The translations under genes and the position numbers were made by a program. Shown one piece after another: positions 15,198-29,369 of a stretch of DNA of 64,000 bases. Source of the DNA: the human T2T-CHM13v2.0 reference genome, Homo sapiens; assembly GCF_009914755.1 (NCBI RefSeq), contig NC_060933.1; one strand, written 5' to 3'. Below the pieces are notes generated by a model. That model saw only the letters and a list, made by a program, of their open reading frames with translations, did no database searches and had not been told where the DNA came from. The stretch's first letter is position 1, and each line of letters starts with the position of its first letter.

Positions 15198-15539
15198 CTG
15201 TGGGAAGAGTGACAGTAACTGCCATGTCTTGGGTATTCGTCATAGAGGCAAATGAGGGGACAGGGCTCAAGACAGATGGGAAAATGAATGGCAGCCATTG
15301 GATGCCCAGGCAGAAGTCTTGGGGGTGGGATATAATGTGTCCTAAATTTGACATCAGTAGCACAATGGAAGATCATAATTTCTTATCACTGAGCTTGAGG
15401 GATTACCAAAGGTAAGCCTCTGTTTGCAGAGAAGGAGAGATGGCCCAGGATAACGTGGGAAAGACCACTTTGTATCTAAGTTTCTTGCCTTCCCTCCTTT
15501 CCCCACCCCAAGATGAGTGTCAGCATGAAAATACTCTAC

Positions 15540-15650
15540 CATAGAGCTCCAGCATTAGGAATGTTTCCCCATTCTTGATATTCTTGTTATAAAAATATAT
15601 ATAATTATCATAGTCCGTTTCAAGTATGTCAATGACATTAAGTCCGTTAT
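15540..15650 (-). pseudogene. MUPP: MUPP exon 4 (111 nt)
   Basis: cctccacag|AT AAC GGA; contains ETDYDNYI and MLELY; donor TATG|GTAGAG. Confidence 0.95.
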
Positions 15651-16067
15651 CTGTGGAGGAAACAACACAGCTCAGAACTCCTTTGGTCCATAGAAAGCAG
15701 TTGAAACCCTTTACCTGGTCTCTCCCACAACACAAGTTCAAGTGCGTATCCTGTTAGAGATAGTGAGGATGTTGAATGTCTTCCATTTGCATCGCCCTGG
15801 GCTTCATGAGGCAAATTCTGAGAAAAGGGTAGGTTGACCACTAGCAGTCAAAAAATTTAGCCCCAGCAGCCACTCAGACTTTAACATCCCCCCCGAGACC
15901 TACCCACCTCCAGCAGCATCTCTGTCAGTGATGTGTCTCTGTCCTCTCTATAAGCCCCCACTGGCATTACTTACTTGATGCTATATCCTGAGCAATGTGC
16001 TGTGGCGATGACCATCAGGCATCAGAAAGCCAGGGAGGGAATAAGAAGCTGTCTTGACAATTTACCA

Positions 16068-16532
<465 letters not shown>

Positions 16533-16634
16533 TAGTCATTGATCAGAAATTGATCAAGATCATGAAGATACTGGGGTTTAGTAAATTCCTTGCAGTTGGA
16601 AGTATAATTTAGAAAGACTTAAAAAAATACTTAC

Positions 16635-16708
16635 AGTCAGTACTACATATGGCATTCTTTTCTGTTGGTTTACAAGCCAAATTAATTTCAGTACAGTTTC
16701 CATTTTCA
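16635..16708 (-). pseudogene. MUPP: MUPP exon 3 (74 nt)
   Basis: ttttacag|T GAA AAT GGA AAC TGT (ENGNCTEINLACKPTEK...); donor GACT|GTAAGT. Confidence 0.93.
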
Positions 16709-17013
16709 CTGTAAAACAATAAATTGATGCCCAAGGGCTACTGATGAGGCTGGCTTGCTTACCTTCTCCTCTACCAGTAACTTGAGTTTCTGATTCAACT
16801 TTTGAACATTTTTTGGTACAATTATCAAAGACCTTTTATGTGTATTATTTCACATGATTTGATAAGAATGACTTAAATGACAACTTCTATCACTATTGCT
16901 ACTTCTCACTGTTGCTATTACTACAACTACTTGTCTAGATCATCAGCTGAGTGTTCACCACATGCCAGCCTCTCAAGTAAGTGCTTTACAAATGTGACCT
17001 GCCTTGGTCCACA

Positions 17014-17016
<3 letters not shown>

Positions 17017-17050
<34 letters not shown>
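17017..17050. repeat. (AC)17 microsatellite in MUPP intron 2
   Basis: Read directly. Confidence 0.95.
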
Positions 17051-17052
<2 letters not shown>

Positions 17053-17417
17053 CAAAACAAAACAACATGAGGAGGAATTATTGTCATCCCCTTTTACCCA
17101 TGGGAAAAGGGAGGTGGAAAGACATTAGTTTTCTTGGTAACACAACTGGTAACTGGAAGATTCAAATTCAGGCTGTTAGTTCCAAATTCAGTTTGCTTAA
17201 CCTATGCTATATTGTCATACTACTTAATGATTCTGATATCCCTCTACCTCCTGCTTCTCCCACTCCAATTAAATTTAAAATTCTTGTTACTGACTCTTGT
17301 CTCTGAATCTTGAAAAGCCCCAGATCCATCAAGTCCTGGATCAGTGAATGTGTGTGTGTTCAAGACCATACCCAGGCTTCTGTTTTTCCTTCCCCAACTA
17401 AAAAAGGCCATACTTAT

Positions 17418-17554
17418 ATTTCATGCAATTTAAAAGTCAGAGAAGAATTCCCCAGGTAATCAATGTGTTTGACAAAAACCCTCATGCTTCCATCTTCTTC
17501 TATCTTTTCCCTGCAGTCAGAGGCCAAGAGAACCGAATACCACTCTCCTGAAAT
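17418..17554 (-). pseudogene. MUPP: MUPP exon 2 (137 nt) with mutated donor
   Basis: Acceptor tttattgcag|ATT; [13 protein letters not shown]...KLHE; ends GAA AT|ATAAGT. Confidence 0.95.
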
Positions 17555-17905
17555 CTGCAATAAATAAGGTCATTGGGTAAGAAAAGAGGAGTGGGGATAC
17601 CACATGGACACTTCTTTCCTTGAACTCTGGCCTGTGGGCCAGGGCTCATAATGGTGAAGTGAAGATAGAACTCAGATCAGTTGGCACCACACCTAGGGCT
17701 CTTTCCACTGCCCCTTTAGGGAGGATGGAGATCCCCAAGCATTGTCATCTTTTCATATGGTACAATTGCTCTTAACCCAAGGTCAGAAACCAATGCTTTT
17801 GTCTGATATGTTAAGGAACTCCTGCCCTACAATAGGATCCACATGGCTTCAGAATCCCTGAAACCACTCCCCAGAGCCAGAAGTCAATGCGTTCCATAAC
17901 TCTAC

Positions 17906-18001
17906 CTTTGACAGATCGAAGTTGCTTGTCACAGCATCATTGTTTTCTTCCTCCTGGGCACAGACGAGGGTCAACCCCAGACACAGCAACAGCAGCATCA
18001 T
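17906..18001 (-). pseudogene. MUPP: MUPP exon 1 coding part (signal peptide, 32 codons)
   Basis: aagATGATGCTG start; MMLLLLCLGLTLVCAQEEENNDAVTSNFDLSK; donor AAG|GTAGAG. Confidence 0.95.
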
Positions 18002-18088
18002 CTTGGTAGGGGACAGCACTGCCTCCTCCACAGTTGCTGGGGATGGGTCTTTCTCTAGCAGTGGGCTCCACTCGCCAGCTCATCTGTC

Positions 18089-18094
18089 TTTATA
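18089..18094 (-). promoter_or_regulatory. MUPP TATA box (gaTATAAAg)
   Basis: TATAAA about 90 nt upstream of the ATG, compatible with a short 5' UTR. Confidence 0.8.
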
Positions 18095-18252
18095 TCCAGT
18101 CTGTGTCCAGTGTTTTGCCCATGGGGGTACTACCTTTCCCTTCCCCCTCCATGAAATGGTCTTTCCTTCACTGGTGTGCAACCAAGGATTGTTCCTGCCC
18201 TTTTGAAACTTGGCAATTCCGTCTCCTTTAGATCTAGTTAGTGACCTCAAAT

Positions 18253-18261
18253 TTCCCAGAA
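18253..18261. promoter_or_regulatory. STAT5/GAS motif TTCCCAGAA in the MUPP proximal promoter
   Basis: Matches TTCYNRGAA, about 160 bp upstream of the TATA box; function not shown. Confidence 0.45.
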
Positions 18262-19062
18262 CACATTATCAAGAAAAATAGCAGATGCTCTAAGGGGCTG
18301 TCATTTGGAACTAGATTTAACTGTGGATCTGGCCTAAAATCAGAAAGCCGATTATGTGTGGCAGGAATGGGCATAACTGAGAAACAGGATGTGCCAGAAT
18401 CTCTGTTCTACTTCTCATACAATGTGTGAAATTAGGTGAGTTACTCAATTTTTACAAGCCCCAGAAACAGACTGTTCTACCGAAGATGAAAGCACCTATC
18501 ACAAAGCATTAAAATAGGGTTGAACAGAAAAAGTCTTTAAAGTATGGTGTCTGGTTTTCAGTACATTCAAATTCCTTTTCCTTATTCTCTGAACCCAACC
18601 CCTGCAGCCTTCCCTCTCCCCACAATAAGTGAACAATATTTAGTCACTATGTGTATGTCTTTACCATAAGAGACATACACATGGGCCCATAAGAGAAAAG
18701 GAGAAGTACAAGATATCATTCCTTCCTTCAAAGAACCTTTAGTGAAGTTGGAAAAATGTTTCACATACTGAGTAAAAATTTAAACCTACAAGCACATGAA
18801 ATGACCCAATTGAGTAACCTAATAAAGTCACTATTATAAACTTTAATAAAGGTTTATATTAATAATGGAGGTGCCCAAGCCCTGTCAACTTTTCCCATGG
18901 TACAATTGAAAAGGGGCTGGAGTGGGGGCATCATGTCAAAAGAGCCTAAGAACACAGGTTTTGGAGTCATGAAGACCTGGGCTTCATTCCTATCTCTGCT
19001 GTTTTGAAGCCATAAAGACAGACTGTGACTTCTCTCTGAGCCTTCTCTCTGTTAGTTTCCTC

Positions 19063-19354
19063 TTTTTTTTTTTTTTTGAGATGGAATCTCGCTCTGTCGC
19101 CAGGCTGGGGGGCAATGGTGTGATCTCGGCTCACTGCAACCTCTGCCTCCTGGGTTCAAGTGATTCTCCTCCTCAGCCTCCCGAGTAGCTGGGACTGTAG
19201 GCATGTGCCACCACTCCTGGCTAATTTTGTATTTTTAGGAGAGACGGGGTTTCACCATGTTGGCCAGGATGGCCTCCATCTCTTGACCTCGTGATCCACC
19301 TGCCTTGGCCTCCCAAAGTGCTGGGATTACAGGCATGAGCCACCACACCCAGCC
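19063..19354 (-). mobile_element. AluS
   Basis: Full dimer; TSD ctgttagtt(t)cctc. Confidence 0.92.
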
Positions 19355-21359
19355 TGTTAGTTCCTCTTAACAGGGCTAATGACATGTTTAATACACTGCT
19401 AGGGATTCAATGGGGTGATGTGCGTAAAACCCCCAGCATCATGTCTAGCACACATTGAGCTGGTGGGTCAGAGAATGCTTCCCGGATAAGGTAGGACTTG
19501 TAGTAGGTGTTGAAAGTCAGGGAGGGTATGGAGATATGGAGTGCATGTGGGAATAGCATTCCAGGAGGGAGGAATATCATGAGATAAGATCTCATGCCAC
19601 CAGCCAGGGTTGTTATATAGCTCATTTCTGCCTTGTGCTAATGGTCTTCTTCTGCACCCCCAAGACTAGAAAGAGTTTAGCATCATGGGAGGAGCTGAGC
19701 ACAGGGCAATGAACGTAGGAATGGTGACACTCTGTCTGTAGACTGCTTAAAAAGTCATCCCAGACCCTCATGTGAGCTTTCCTGGTTCATGCTCAACCGA
19801 TGTTCAGTCACTGGTGTTTTGAGGCCTATGTAACTTCACCATCATAGGTGGCTGTGGGTTCTCCTGGCCTGAGATGGAAGAACTGAGCTTGACAAGTGGT
19901 GACAAAGGCTGTGTACTTGATTTCCTCCATTTGACTCTCTCCAAGAACTGACGGCAGCCTGTGAGCCAACAGGTTTGCAAAACAAGCCCCACTCTTCCTG
20001 GGTCATGCTGAGGGGAGAGTCAGCTACCATCGCAGCATCCACCATTCCAACCCCTCCCACTGCCACTCCTAACTCTGCACTCTTACAGCACCGTATTGTA
20101 ACTCTGCTTCTGTTTTTATTCCCTATGAGAAGGTAAACTCCCTTCTGAAAGTTGAGACATCTTTCTTTGTTGTACCTACCATAGTACTGAATATATAGTA
20201 TCACCTTTGGAATGTTTATATACTAAATCCTATCATAAAAGCACTAAGGATTCTTGATATTAGAGGCAACCTTCTAGAAAATCCTTTTGTAAATAGGAAT
20301 ATTATATTTGGGTGATGACATCCTAATTTATATTATTGGACCACAGGAATAGAGGAAGAGCCTAGGACTAAAGTTTGTGATCAGAGCCTATGTTTAGATG
20401 ATCTTACTTACTAAAATCTGAGTTGAATATTTCACTCTCTGGCTGCTTGCTTCCATTTCAAATGTACCATATTTTTGGTGGTTGGTTTAAGCATTGCCAG
20501 AACAGCCTGTGATCACTGAGATAGCAAGGTCTAGGCTGCAAAAATACCCAAGAGGTGTGATGCAATCTAGCTAGGGAATTGGTGAAAGAAAACCCAGACA
20601 AACTAAAGCTGAACTAATATTAAAATGTGAAATCAATCAGGAGGGATGCATTGGTTTATGATAGAATTCCATTAAATAATACTCTAGTACTGCGTTTAAA
20701 TATTTGTGGTAGGAACTACAGATTAATAACCTGACAACACTTTCACAAATTATAGATGATCAATAAATATTGCATCAAATGAACTCTAGACTTCTTTAGT
20801 GGGGAGGATTGGAAGAAGTAGAAAGATAGAGAAGGATGACAAAAAAAAAAGAATAACCACTGATGTTAGCATCTCCCAGACAGTATAGAAAGTATAAATA
20901 CATGAAACAAAGATTTAATTTATAAAAGTTCACTTGACCACCCATCTGTAGGGAATACATCTATTGTACAATGCAAGATACACAGGGTATAGGATTTAGA
21001 GTAATTTGTCTGTAGTGCAGCAATTTGCTTTAGGAAATGATGATATTAAATAATTTTTTTAAAAAAATGATTCGACTTAATTCAACTAACATTATCAAGT
21101 GCCTCTTCTATGCTAGGCCTATACCAGGCACTTTGAGGGCTAAAGAGATAAACCAGATGGCGGCTGTGCCCTCAAGAAACTCCTGGCCAGTGTGGGAATG
21201 ATTTAAAAACAAACTACAAGGTCTAAAGTGAAAAAAACTAGGAAAACAGAGGTGCCAATAGTAATCATCAAGAGGAGTAACAAGAGAAAGACTGACCACC
21301 TAATTCTAGGTATGAAGCCAGAAAATTTTTTTCCTACAGATAAGCAGGACTTTATCTAA

Positions 21360-21708
<349 letters not shown>

Positions 21709-22789
21709 AGCAAGCTTTAATGGACCTCTCCTGATACAGTGGAGAGGGAAACAGTGGAGGTTCTCTGGGGAGTAAAGGTTCTGTGCTTTCCAGCAGGGAG
21801 AAAGGAGTGAGTTGAGTTGTCCTACAAGCCTGGGGGCCCCAAGGAAGTGACTCCTTCCTTTCTGCCAGGTGAGGAACGACACTTCTGATTAATGAGTCTT
21901 GGTCTGTACAACAGTACCAGATGGACCGAGTGTACATTGGTTATCTGTCACCATCCTAGAGAGGTGGCCTTTGGATCTTCTCTTTTATGAGACCAAGTGA
22001 GTAGGGTCCTAACTCTTGTCAAGATTAATTCCAGGGCTGAATTCTACAATGTATACATATGTCACAACATCATGTTGTATACAACAAATATACACAAATT
22101 TTTACTTGTTAATTAAGAATTTTTCAAAAAGATTACAAAAAAAGTTCATTCCAAGGCTGAGCTGCCCAGACCCCTAAAACCCATCAATCTTTTAAGAACA
22201 TGGCATTGACAGCTGAATCCAAACTGCTGTATTAACAGTCAAGTTGCATCAGCTAGTTTTATATTTGTGGTCTTTGGACTTCAACAGACTTAGAAATAAT
22301 CTGGTAATAAAAGAAAGAAGGTCTTGTTCAAAGTCATATTTTCTCAAGGAGCTCCAAGCCCAGAATTGTGCCAGAGTCTACTTACCATGACTAATGGTTA
22401 TGACTGGGATGGATTTTTGCACCAGTACAAGTTTCATCTGTCCTGGGGCCACATAAACAAAAATAATATTTTGATGCTGGAAATAAAAGAACTCAGTAAG
22501 TTTTGATGAGTGTTCTACAAACATTATCTTCTTTAATCCTCATAATTGCTCGACATGGTAGGTATCAATATCCTGTTTTACAGTGGTATGAACTAAGAAT
22601 CAGAAAGGGGAAGTAATCTTACCAAAGTCACATAGCCAATAAATGAGAGAGCCCGTGTGTGAACCCAAGACTGATTCCAAAGCCCCTACTCTTATTGATT
22701 CTACTATGTAGGTCAGGGCTTAATGTTGCTAACATGAAGGGCAGATGGTTGAATATAAGGAACAGGAATAAATAACCCTGTAGACCCTA

Positions 22790-23139
<350 letters not shown>

Positions 23140-23306
23140 ATGTGGTACTGTGAGGGTAGCTGCAACAGTTTGATCAAGTGAAGGCAGAGTAACAACTCTC
23201 TCCTGGTCTTTCTTCTTTTGCTCATACTGTAGTTCCTCCTGAAAAGGCTTTCCTTCTCTGCCTGTTCAAATATTACCCTTTCTCCAAAGCCCAGCTCAAG
23301 ACTCCC

Positions 23307-23592
23307 TTTTTTTTTTTTTTCTGAGACGGGGTTTACTCTGTTGCCCAGGCTACAGTGCAGTGGCACGGTCACAGCTCACTGCAGCCTCAACCTCCTGGGC
23401 TCAAGTGATCCTCGCACCTCAGGCTCCCGAGTAGGCACACGCCACTATGCCTGTCTAATTTTTGTATTTTTTTGTAGAGATGAAATTTCACCATGTTGTC
23501 CAGGCTGGTCTTGAACCCCTGGGCTGAAGAGATCCACACACCTTGTCCTCCCACAGTGCTGGGATTACAGATGTTAGCCACTGCAACTGGCC
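23307..23592 (-). mobile_element. AluJ
   Basis: Dimer with T tract. Confidence 0.9.
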
Positions 23593-23649
23593 AAGAATTC
23601 CTCCTCTTTGCTTCTCTCAGCACTCACCTTTTTCATCCTTTGTATGACC

Positions 23650-24039
23650 TGTTAAGTTAAATTTGGCCTGAGGCTGCCTCCACACTTAGAGTTCCTACAT
23701 CATAAACTGGAACCTAACTTAGTATGCAACTAACTGAAAACCTATGTAGGAGGATACTTTTGTAACAAATAGCTTAATCTCAGCCAATCACAGCAGCCAA
23801 ACTTGTCAATCACAGGCAGCAACTGATCAGACCATGTTGAAATCAGGGAAAGGCAGAGCTGTAACCAATCAAGCTATTTCTGTACCTCACTTCTGTTTTC
23901 CGTCCATAAGTGTTGCCTGTGCATCTTGAGGAGTGGAGCCCTCTGAACTTCTGGTTCTGAGGACTGCCCAACTTATAAATATTTATTTGCTCAGTTAAAC
24001 TCTGTTAAGTTTAATTTGTCTGAAGTTTTTCTTTTAATA
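23650..24039 (+). mobile_element. MER57-family ERV1 solo LTR
   Basis: tgttaagttaaatttggcctgaggctgcctcc start, repeated CCAAT blocks, end ttaatttgtctgaagtttttcttttaa. Confidence 0.75.
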
Positions 24040-24538
24040 GTCTCCATAGCATATAGAGCTTTATTCTCACACAACAGCAGCCAACTACTTACTGGCTCAT
24101 GTTAGTATCAAAATATAATTCACAAAGAGTTAAGAAACATAACTCTTATACAACCATGCTCTATAGGAGCATGTGTCAGAGATTTAATTATTTAACTCAT
24201 TATTTAAGGAACCAGAAGAATGACAGCTTGTTCAAAGGAGGCTATGAGAAGCTGATGTAAATCAGTAAAAGAAAAAAATTCTGGAATAAAATCGCTAAGT
24301 TAGATACAGAGTGGTTAATGTCCTAAAGACAATAAATGTACAACTTTGTGGTCTTCTTGATTGCACAGAAATTATTTACATATCTACCAAACAAAATGGT
24401 ATGCACTTTCTCAGTTTTTAAAGTTAATTTCTAATTTCAGAGTCTGGCTCTTAAAAAATAGCAAATAATAAGTTAAACATAGTCACATTTGCCAGGAGAT
24501 CCAGATGAGCCTATGAAGGCTTATTAGATAGTGCTCTA

Positions 24539-24769
<231 letters not shown>

Positions 24770-25817
24770 TCAAAACACTAGTTTCTATGGTCGCGCATAC
24801 ATTGGAAAGGTAACAGTGAAAAGATAATTAAAACCTGGGTTCAAATTCTCACCTCACAATTCGACCTCTCTGAGTTCTTGCAAAGGTAACATGAAAAGGT
24901 TTAGAAAGGGCTAGAAAGCAATTGATTCCCAATAAATATTGGTTCCTTCACAGTTTTCCTCTCTTCTTTTGAACATAGAGACCAGATATTGTACTCCTTG
25001 TGTCCTGGAGCTCTGTGTAGTGGGTTTTCAACAAATCAAATCATCTTTTACTGTTTTGTATATATTATGTCTTACCTGTGATTTAGGCAAATTCCTGTCT
25101 CTGGCCTTCAATTTACCTATTGATAAAAATGAAAAGATTCAGAGTTTCTTAACTGAGGACAGCATTAGTTCTAGAAGAGGTTTTGGAAATGGGGTAGGGG
25201 GAGCATTTTTGGTGTTTACAATAACAGGAGAGAATGACTGACATTTGGTATCCTGGATGCAGAGGTGATAAACCCCCTTGAGTGCATAGGCCAGTCCCCT
25301 GTGAGGTGGAACTGTTTCATCCAACACATCCATAACATCCCCACTGAGAAACACTGAGTACTTCTCTACAGGCCTTTGCAAATTTCACCTTCTGACAAGT
25401 TGATGCTTCTCTGGTGTTTTCTTTAAAGGATGGCAGATACACACTGCCATCTGCACTACAATGGCCTACTTTGGTTAAAGAAAAGTATATTTTGCCTTCA
25501 AACATTTTAGCAATTCCTCAGATTATTCTATTCCTCAAGTGCAGCCTCATTTTGTTGACTCATTCTTGTCTGAAGAATAGCTCTTGCTTTTGGCTGCTGC
25601 CAGCCACGGTGAGTGAATCTGTTTTCTGCAGAAGGAGATTGCTCCAGGGCCCCCTTATCAGGAACCAACTAGTCTTTGCTGAGTGACAGGCCTAGTGCAA
25701 AAAACAGTAGGAAGTTGAAGACAAAGTATCTGCCATCGGGCAGGAAAAACACAAGCATTCTTCTGCCTAGAGCACCAACGTGGGTAACCCCGCATTCTAG
25801 GAGAAAGCTGAGGTCAG

Positions 25818-26295
25818 TGTATTAGTCTGTTCTCACACTGCTATAAAGAACTACCTGAGACTGGGTAATGTATAAATAAAATAGGTTTAATTGACTCACA
25901 GTTCCACAGGCTGGACAGAAACCATGGCTTGGAAAGCCCCAGGAAACTAACAATTATGGAGGAAGGATGAAGGGGAAGCAAATATCTCTTCACATGACAG
26001 CAGGAGAGAGAGAATTTTTAATAAAAAGAATCTTGTGGTTTTATGAAGACTGCTTTCCCAGAAGAAAAATGATTTGGTGCCTTGGCTCAAAGGACTTGCT
26101 TCTTTTTAGGGTAAAGAAGTTGCTTTCTTTTCCCTTTTCAAGACAAAAGGGGGAGCTGATAGGGAAACTAGATTTGGTTTAAAAATGAATAAGTACCCAG
26201 GAGGAAGCCAGAACCAGAGAATGTGAACCAGCTGTTTGAAGGGACAGTGTCCAGTGGAGGGGGGATATGGATGCAAGGCCACGAGCAAAAGAATG

Positions 26296-26346
<51 letters not shown>

Positions 26347-26528
26347 AAAGAAAGAAAGAGCTATACACTTTTAAACATCTAGATGTTGTGAGAACTCACT
26401 ATCGTGAGAACAGCAAGGGGCAAGAAAACCCCCATGATCAAATGACCTCCCACCAGGCCCCACCTCCAACACTTGGGATCACAATTCAACATGTGATTTG
26501 GGTGGGGACACAGAGCCAAACCATATCA
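25818..26528 (-). mobile_element. MST (MaLR) solo LTR interrupted by the inverted-repeat left arm
   Basis: tgtattagtctgttctcacactgctataaag...ccaaaccatatca; 5-bp TSD GTCAG on both sides; (GA)n at the interruption. Confidence 0.9.
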
Positions 26529-26855
26529 GTCAGCTAGTTGCATTCTGAGTTCCTTTCAAACAACTCCTCTTTTCTCCATTCTTTTGCTCATGGCCTTGCA
26601 TCCATATCCCTCTCCACTGGACACTGTCCCTTCAAACAGCTGGTTCACATTCTCTGGTTCTGGCTTCCTCCTGGGTACTTATACATTTTTAAACCAAATC
26701 TAGTTTCCCTATCAGCTCCCCCTTTTGCCTTGAAAATGGAAAAGAAAGCAAGTCCTTTACCCTAAAAAGAAGCAAGTCCTTTAAGCCAAGACACCAAACC
26801 ATTTTTCTTCTGGGAAAGCAGTCTTCATAAAACCACAGATTCTTTATATTAAAAA
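26015..26855. repeat. Inverted repeat, arms 26015-26308 and 26564-26855, 255-bp spacer
   Basis: Arms are reverse complements with about 11 substitutions and 2 one-base indels (about 95-96% identity by hand). The ORF track shows the same peptide on opposite strands. Confidence 0.97.
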
Positions 26856-29369
26856 CTAGCAAAGCGGGGAAACGAAGTAGCCACAGGGTGGCAGAATAGG
26901 AGAGATTTTATTTTCCTGCAGGATAATTGATGAGGAAACGTGTGGAATGGTACTGTCTTAGGAAGTCGCCTGTTGTGATGTATTGATAACTTAGTATATA
27001 AAAAATTGAAGGAAAGAGGGAGGCAGGTCAAATGCTGCTGAAATGTCAAGTAAAATAAGGACCGAAAATAAGTCCATCTGATTTCGTATCCTGGAGATAA
27101 CAGGTAGCCTTAGAAAGACCTGTACCTATGGGGTGCAGAGGCTGCAGCCTCGCCAAGATCTCTGCAATTGTCTGTGCTTTTATCTGTTCCTGCTCATCTA
27201 CAGATGAGAGGGGAAGAATTCATAACTCCATTTTCTATCAGCAGCTTGGGATGCAGTTTGAAGCTGGTTGAGGGTAGCAAAGAGGAAGACAGACTGATTT
27301 GATGCTTGGCTGCTGGGACAAGAGGCTGCAAGTGGAGCAAGGCGCAGGATCGCCCCCAACAGGTCAGCCAGAAACAGCTCGCCTAATGCGGTTGGTACTT
27401 CCTTGCATTCTCTGTGTATTGTGAAAAGGTTTCCGTGATCAGGGGTATTAGATGTTGGTTTATTTTTGTTATTTATATAGAAATAGAATTTGCAGTACAA
27501 ATTACAGGACTGGTGCACATTATGGTCCCTTTTAAAAATGGAAAATTCTGTTATTTTGACAACTTTGAGAAACGTTGCAATGCCTATTGGCTCTAATCTT
27601 CGTTTCATTGATTTCCATTCACAAGGGAAAACTGTCTTCCACACAGCTTCCAGAGCAAACTTATAAGAGTGGAAATGAGTGAGATAACTTCACTCCACTG
27701 CTCAAAATCTCCAGCGTCTTCCCATCACTCTGGAGATTTGGGGTTGATGGGCTTTCCTGGGGATTCTGAGAAGGAGGGAGATCTGAAAATGGGTGTCTTA
27801 AATTTGGGGATGCTGAGATTTCAGGTGGTACCTTTGGGAGGAAGGTCTGTGAAGAGGTTGGATGAGGAATCTACTGAAGTTTGGTGAAGATCAGTGATTG
27901 ACAGCATCTCTGCAGCTGAAAAATCTGAGGCCTATAGGGGAGGGTGTTGTTAGGAGACAAATGAATGGGAAGACTTGTGAGAAGTTAGTAAATTAGAGAA
28001 CTATAGGTTTTAGTGATTGTGGGGGCCAGAGCCTCAGGTTTGGGGGATATTTTTAGGGAGTTAGTGTTGACAGTCTATAGAGGTCAGTGATTTGCTGTTT
28101 GTGGATTGGTTGGGATATACAGAATTCAGGGATTGGAGGAAGTTGTGGGATTCAGTGTTTGGAGGGGCCAGTGGTGGTGAGTGAATAGATACTTCTGGGA
28201 ATTAGTGATTGGGGTTGCCTGTGGGTAATGGTGATTAGGATCTGTGGGGTCTATGCTTGGGATATTTCTTTTTTGGTGGAAGCTATGACAATCAGGAATT
28301 TACAAGAGGTACTGTGAAGTTAGTGATGTGAGTTATTTGAGGGTCCACTGTGATTTGCTCTTGACTGATGGCTGTAGAAGTCAATAATTGGAGAATTGCT
28401 GGATATTAGTTTTGTTAGCCTGTCAGGATCAAGTTGGTGATCAGTGGAAATCAGTGGTGAAGGGGAGTTTAGGATTCAGTTGAGAGGCTTCTGTGGATGC
28501 TGTGATTTAGGGGTGTAGGAAAGCCTGCAATCAGGGTATTTCTGTGGAGTCAGGGATCTATGGTTTCAATGATTTCATATGGGGGAGTGTTAACTGGAAG
28601 TATGTGATTTGAGAGTTTTTCAAGCATCAATGAATGGTAGCCAGCATGGCTCAGTGGTGGGGGATCTGTGAAGGGCAGTGTTTGGAGGTTGTGTGTTTAC
28701 TGACCTTTAAAGATAAATTATATATTGTTGAGTGTGGGGTTGGCGGGGGGAATCATGTTTCAAATGTTTTGTACTGTGTCATGCTATTTGGAAAAGAATT
28801 CAGTATCTCTGCAGTTGTTATCTCTGAACGTTGAGATCACGGGTAATGTTTGTTTTGGGTGAATATATTTTTTAAGCATAATTATTACAAGTTTCTTGTG
28901 TAATATTTTTTGTAAAGAGAGATTTATTGTACTGTAAAGACAACCTCTACTGGTCATGATGATTTTTCTTTTTATGTTGGTTTACTTTGTTAATTACACA
29001 AGGTATACATACATATATTTTACTTAAAAATGCAAGCAAACAGATGTATATGGAGCAATCCTAACTCCTTTCTTAAACCCCAGTTTTATTCACCTCCACA
29101 AATATAACTATCATTAACAATTTGGTCTATATGTCTCAATATTTTTTTAGTTCACATATATGTATATACACACAGTTTTGTTTGTTTTATGTGAATTGGA
29201 CTGTATTGTATGTATTGATCTACAATTTATTTTTTATATATAACGGTATGTCTTAAGAGAAATTTCTATATCAGAATGTATAGAATTGTTCCTTGTGTAG
29301 TCTTTGATGGTGCAGCATTCCTTGTGTGGACATGCAGTGATTTTATAGTATTCTATTGGGTAGATATAC

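Noticed and set aside
15064-15741. ORF-track peptides of 99 aa and 73 aa as separate genes
   Set aside because: They are MUPP exons 5 and 4 read through flanking intron
17412-17417. MUPP intron 2 as a U12 (AT-AC) intron
   Set aside because: Starts ATAAGT, not ATATCC, and ends in AG; it is a mutated U2 donor
26015-26855. Inverted repeat as the TIRs of a DNA transposon
   Set aside because: The spacer is the LTR's own continuation plus its TSD, no TSD flanks the pair, and one arm is ordinary flank; a templated duplication fits better
27198-27644. 148-aa minus-strand ORF
   Set aside because: Non-ATG start, no domain or splice support
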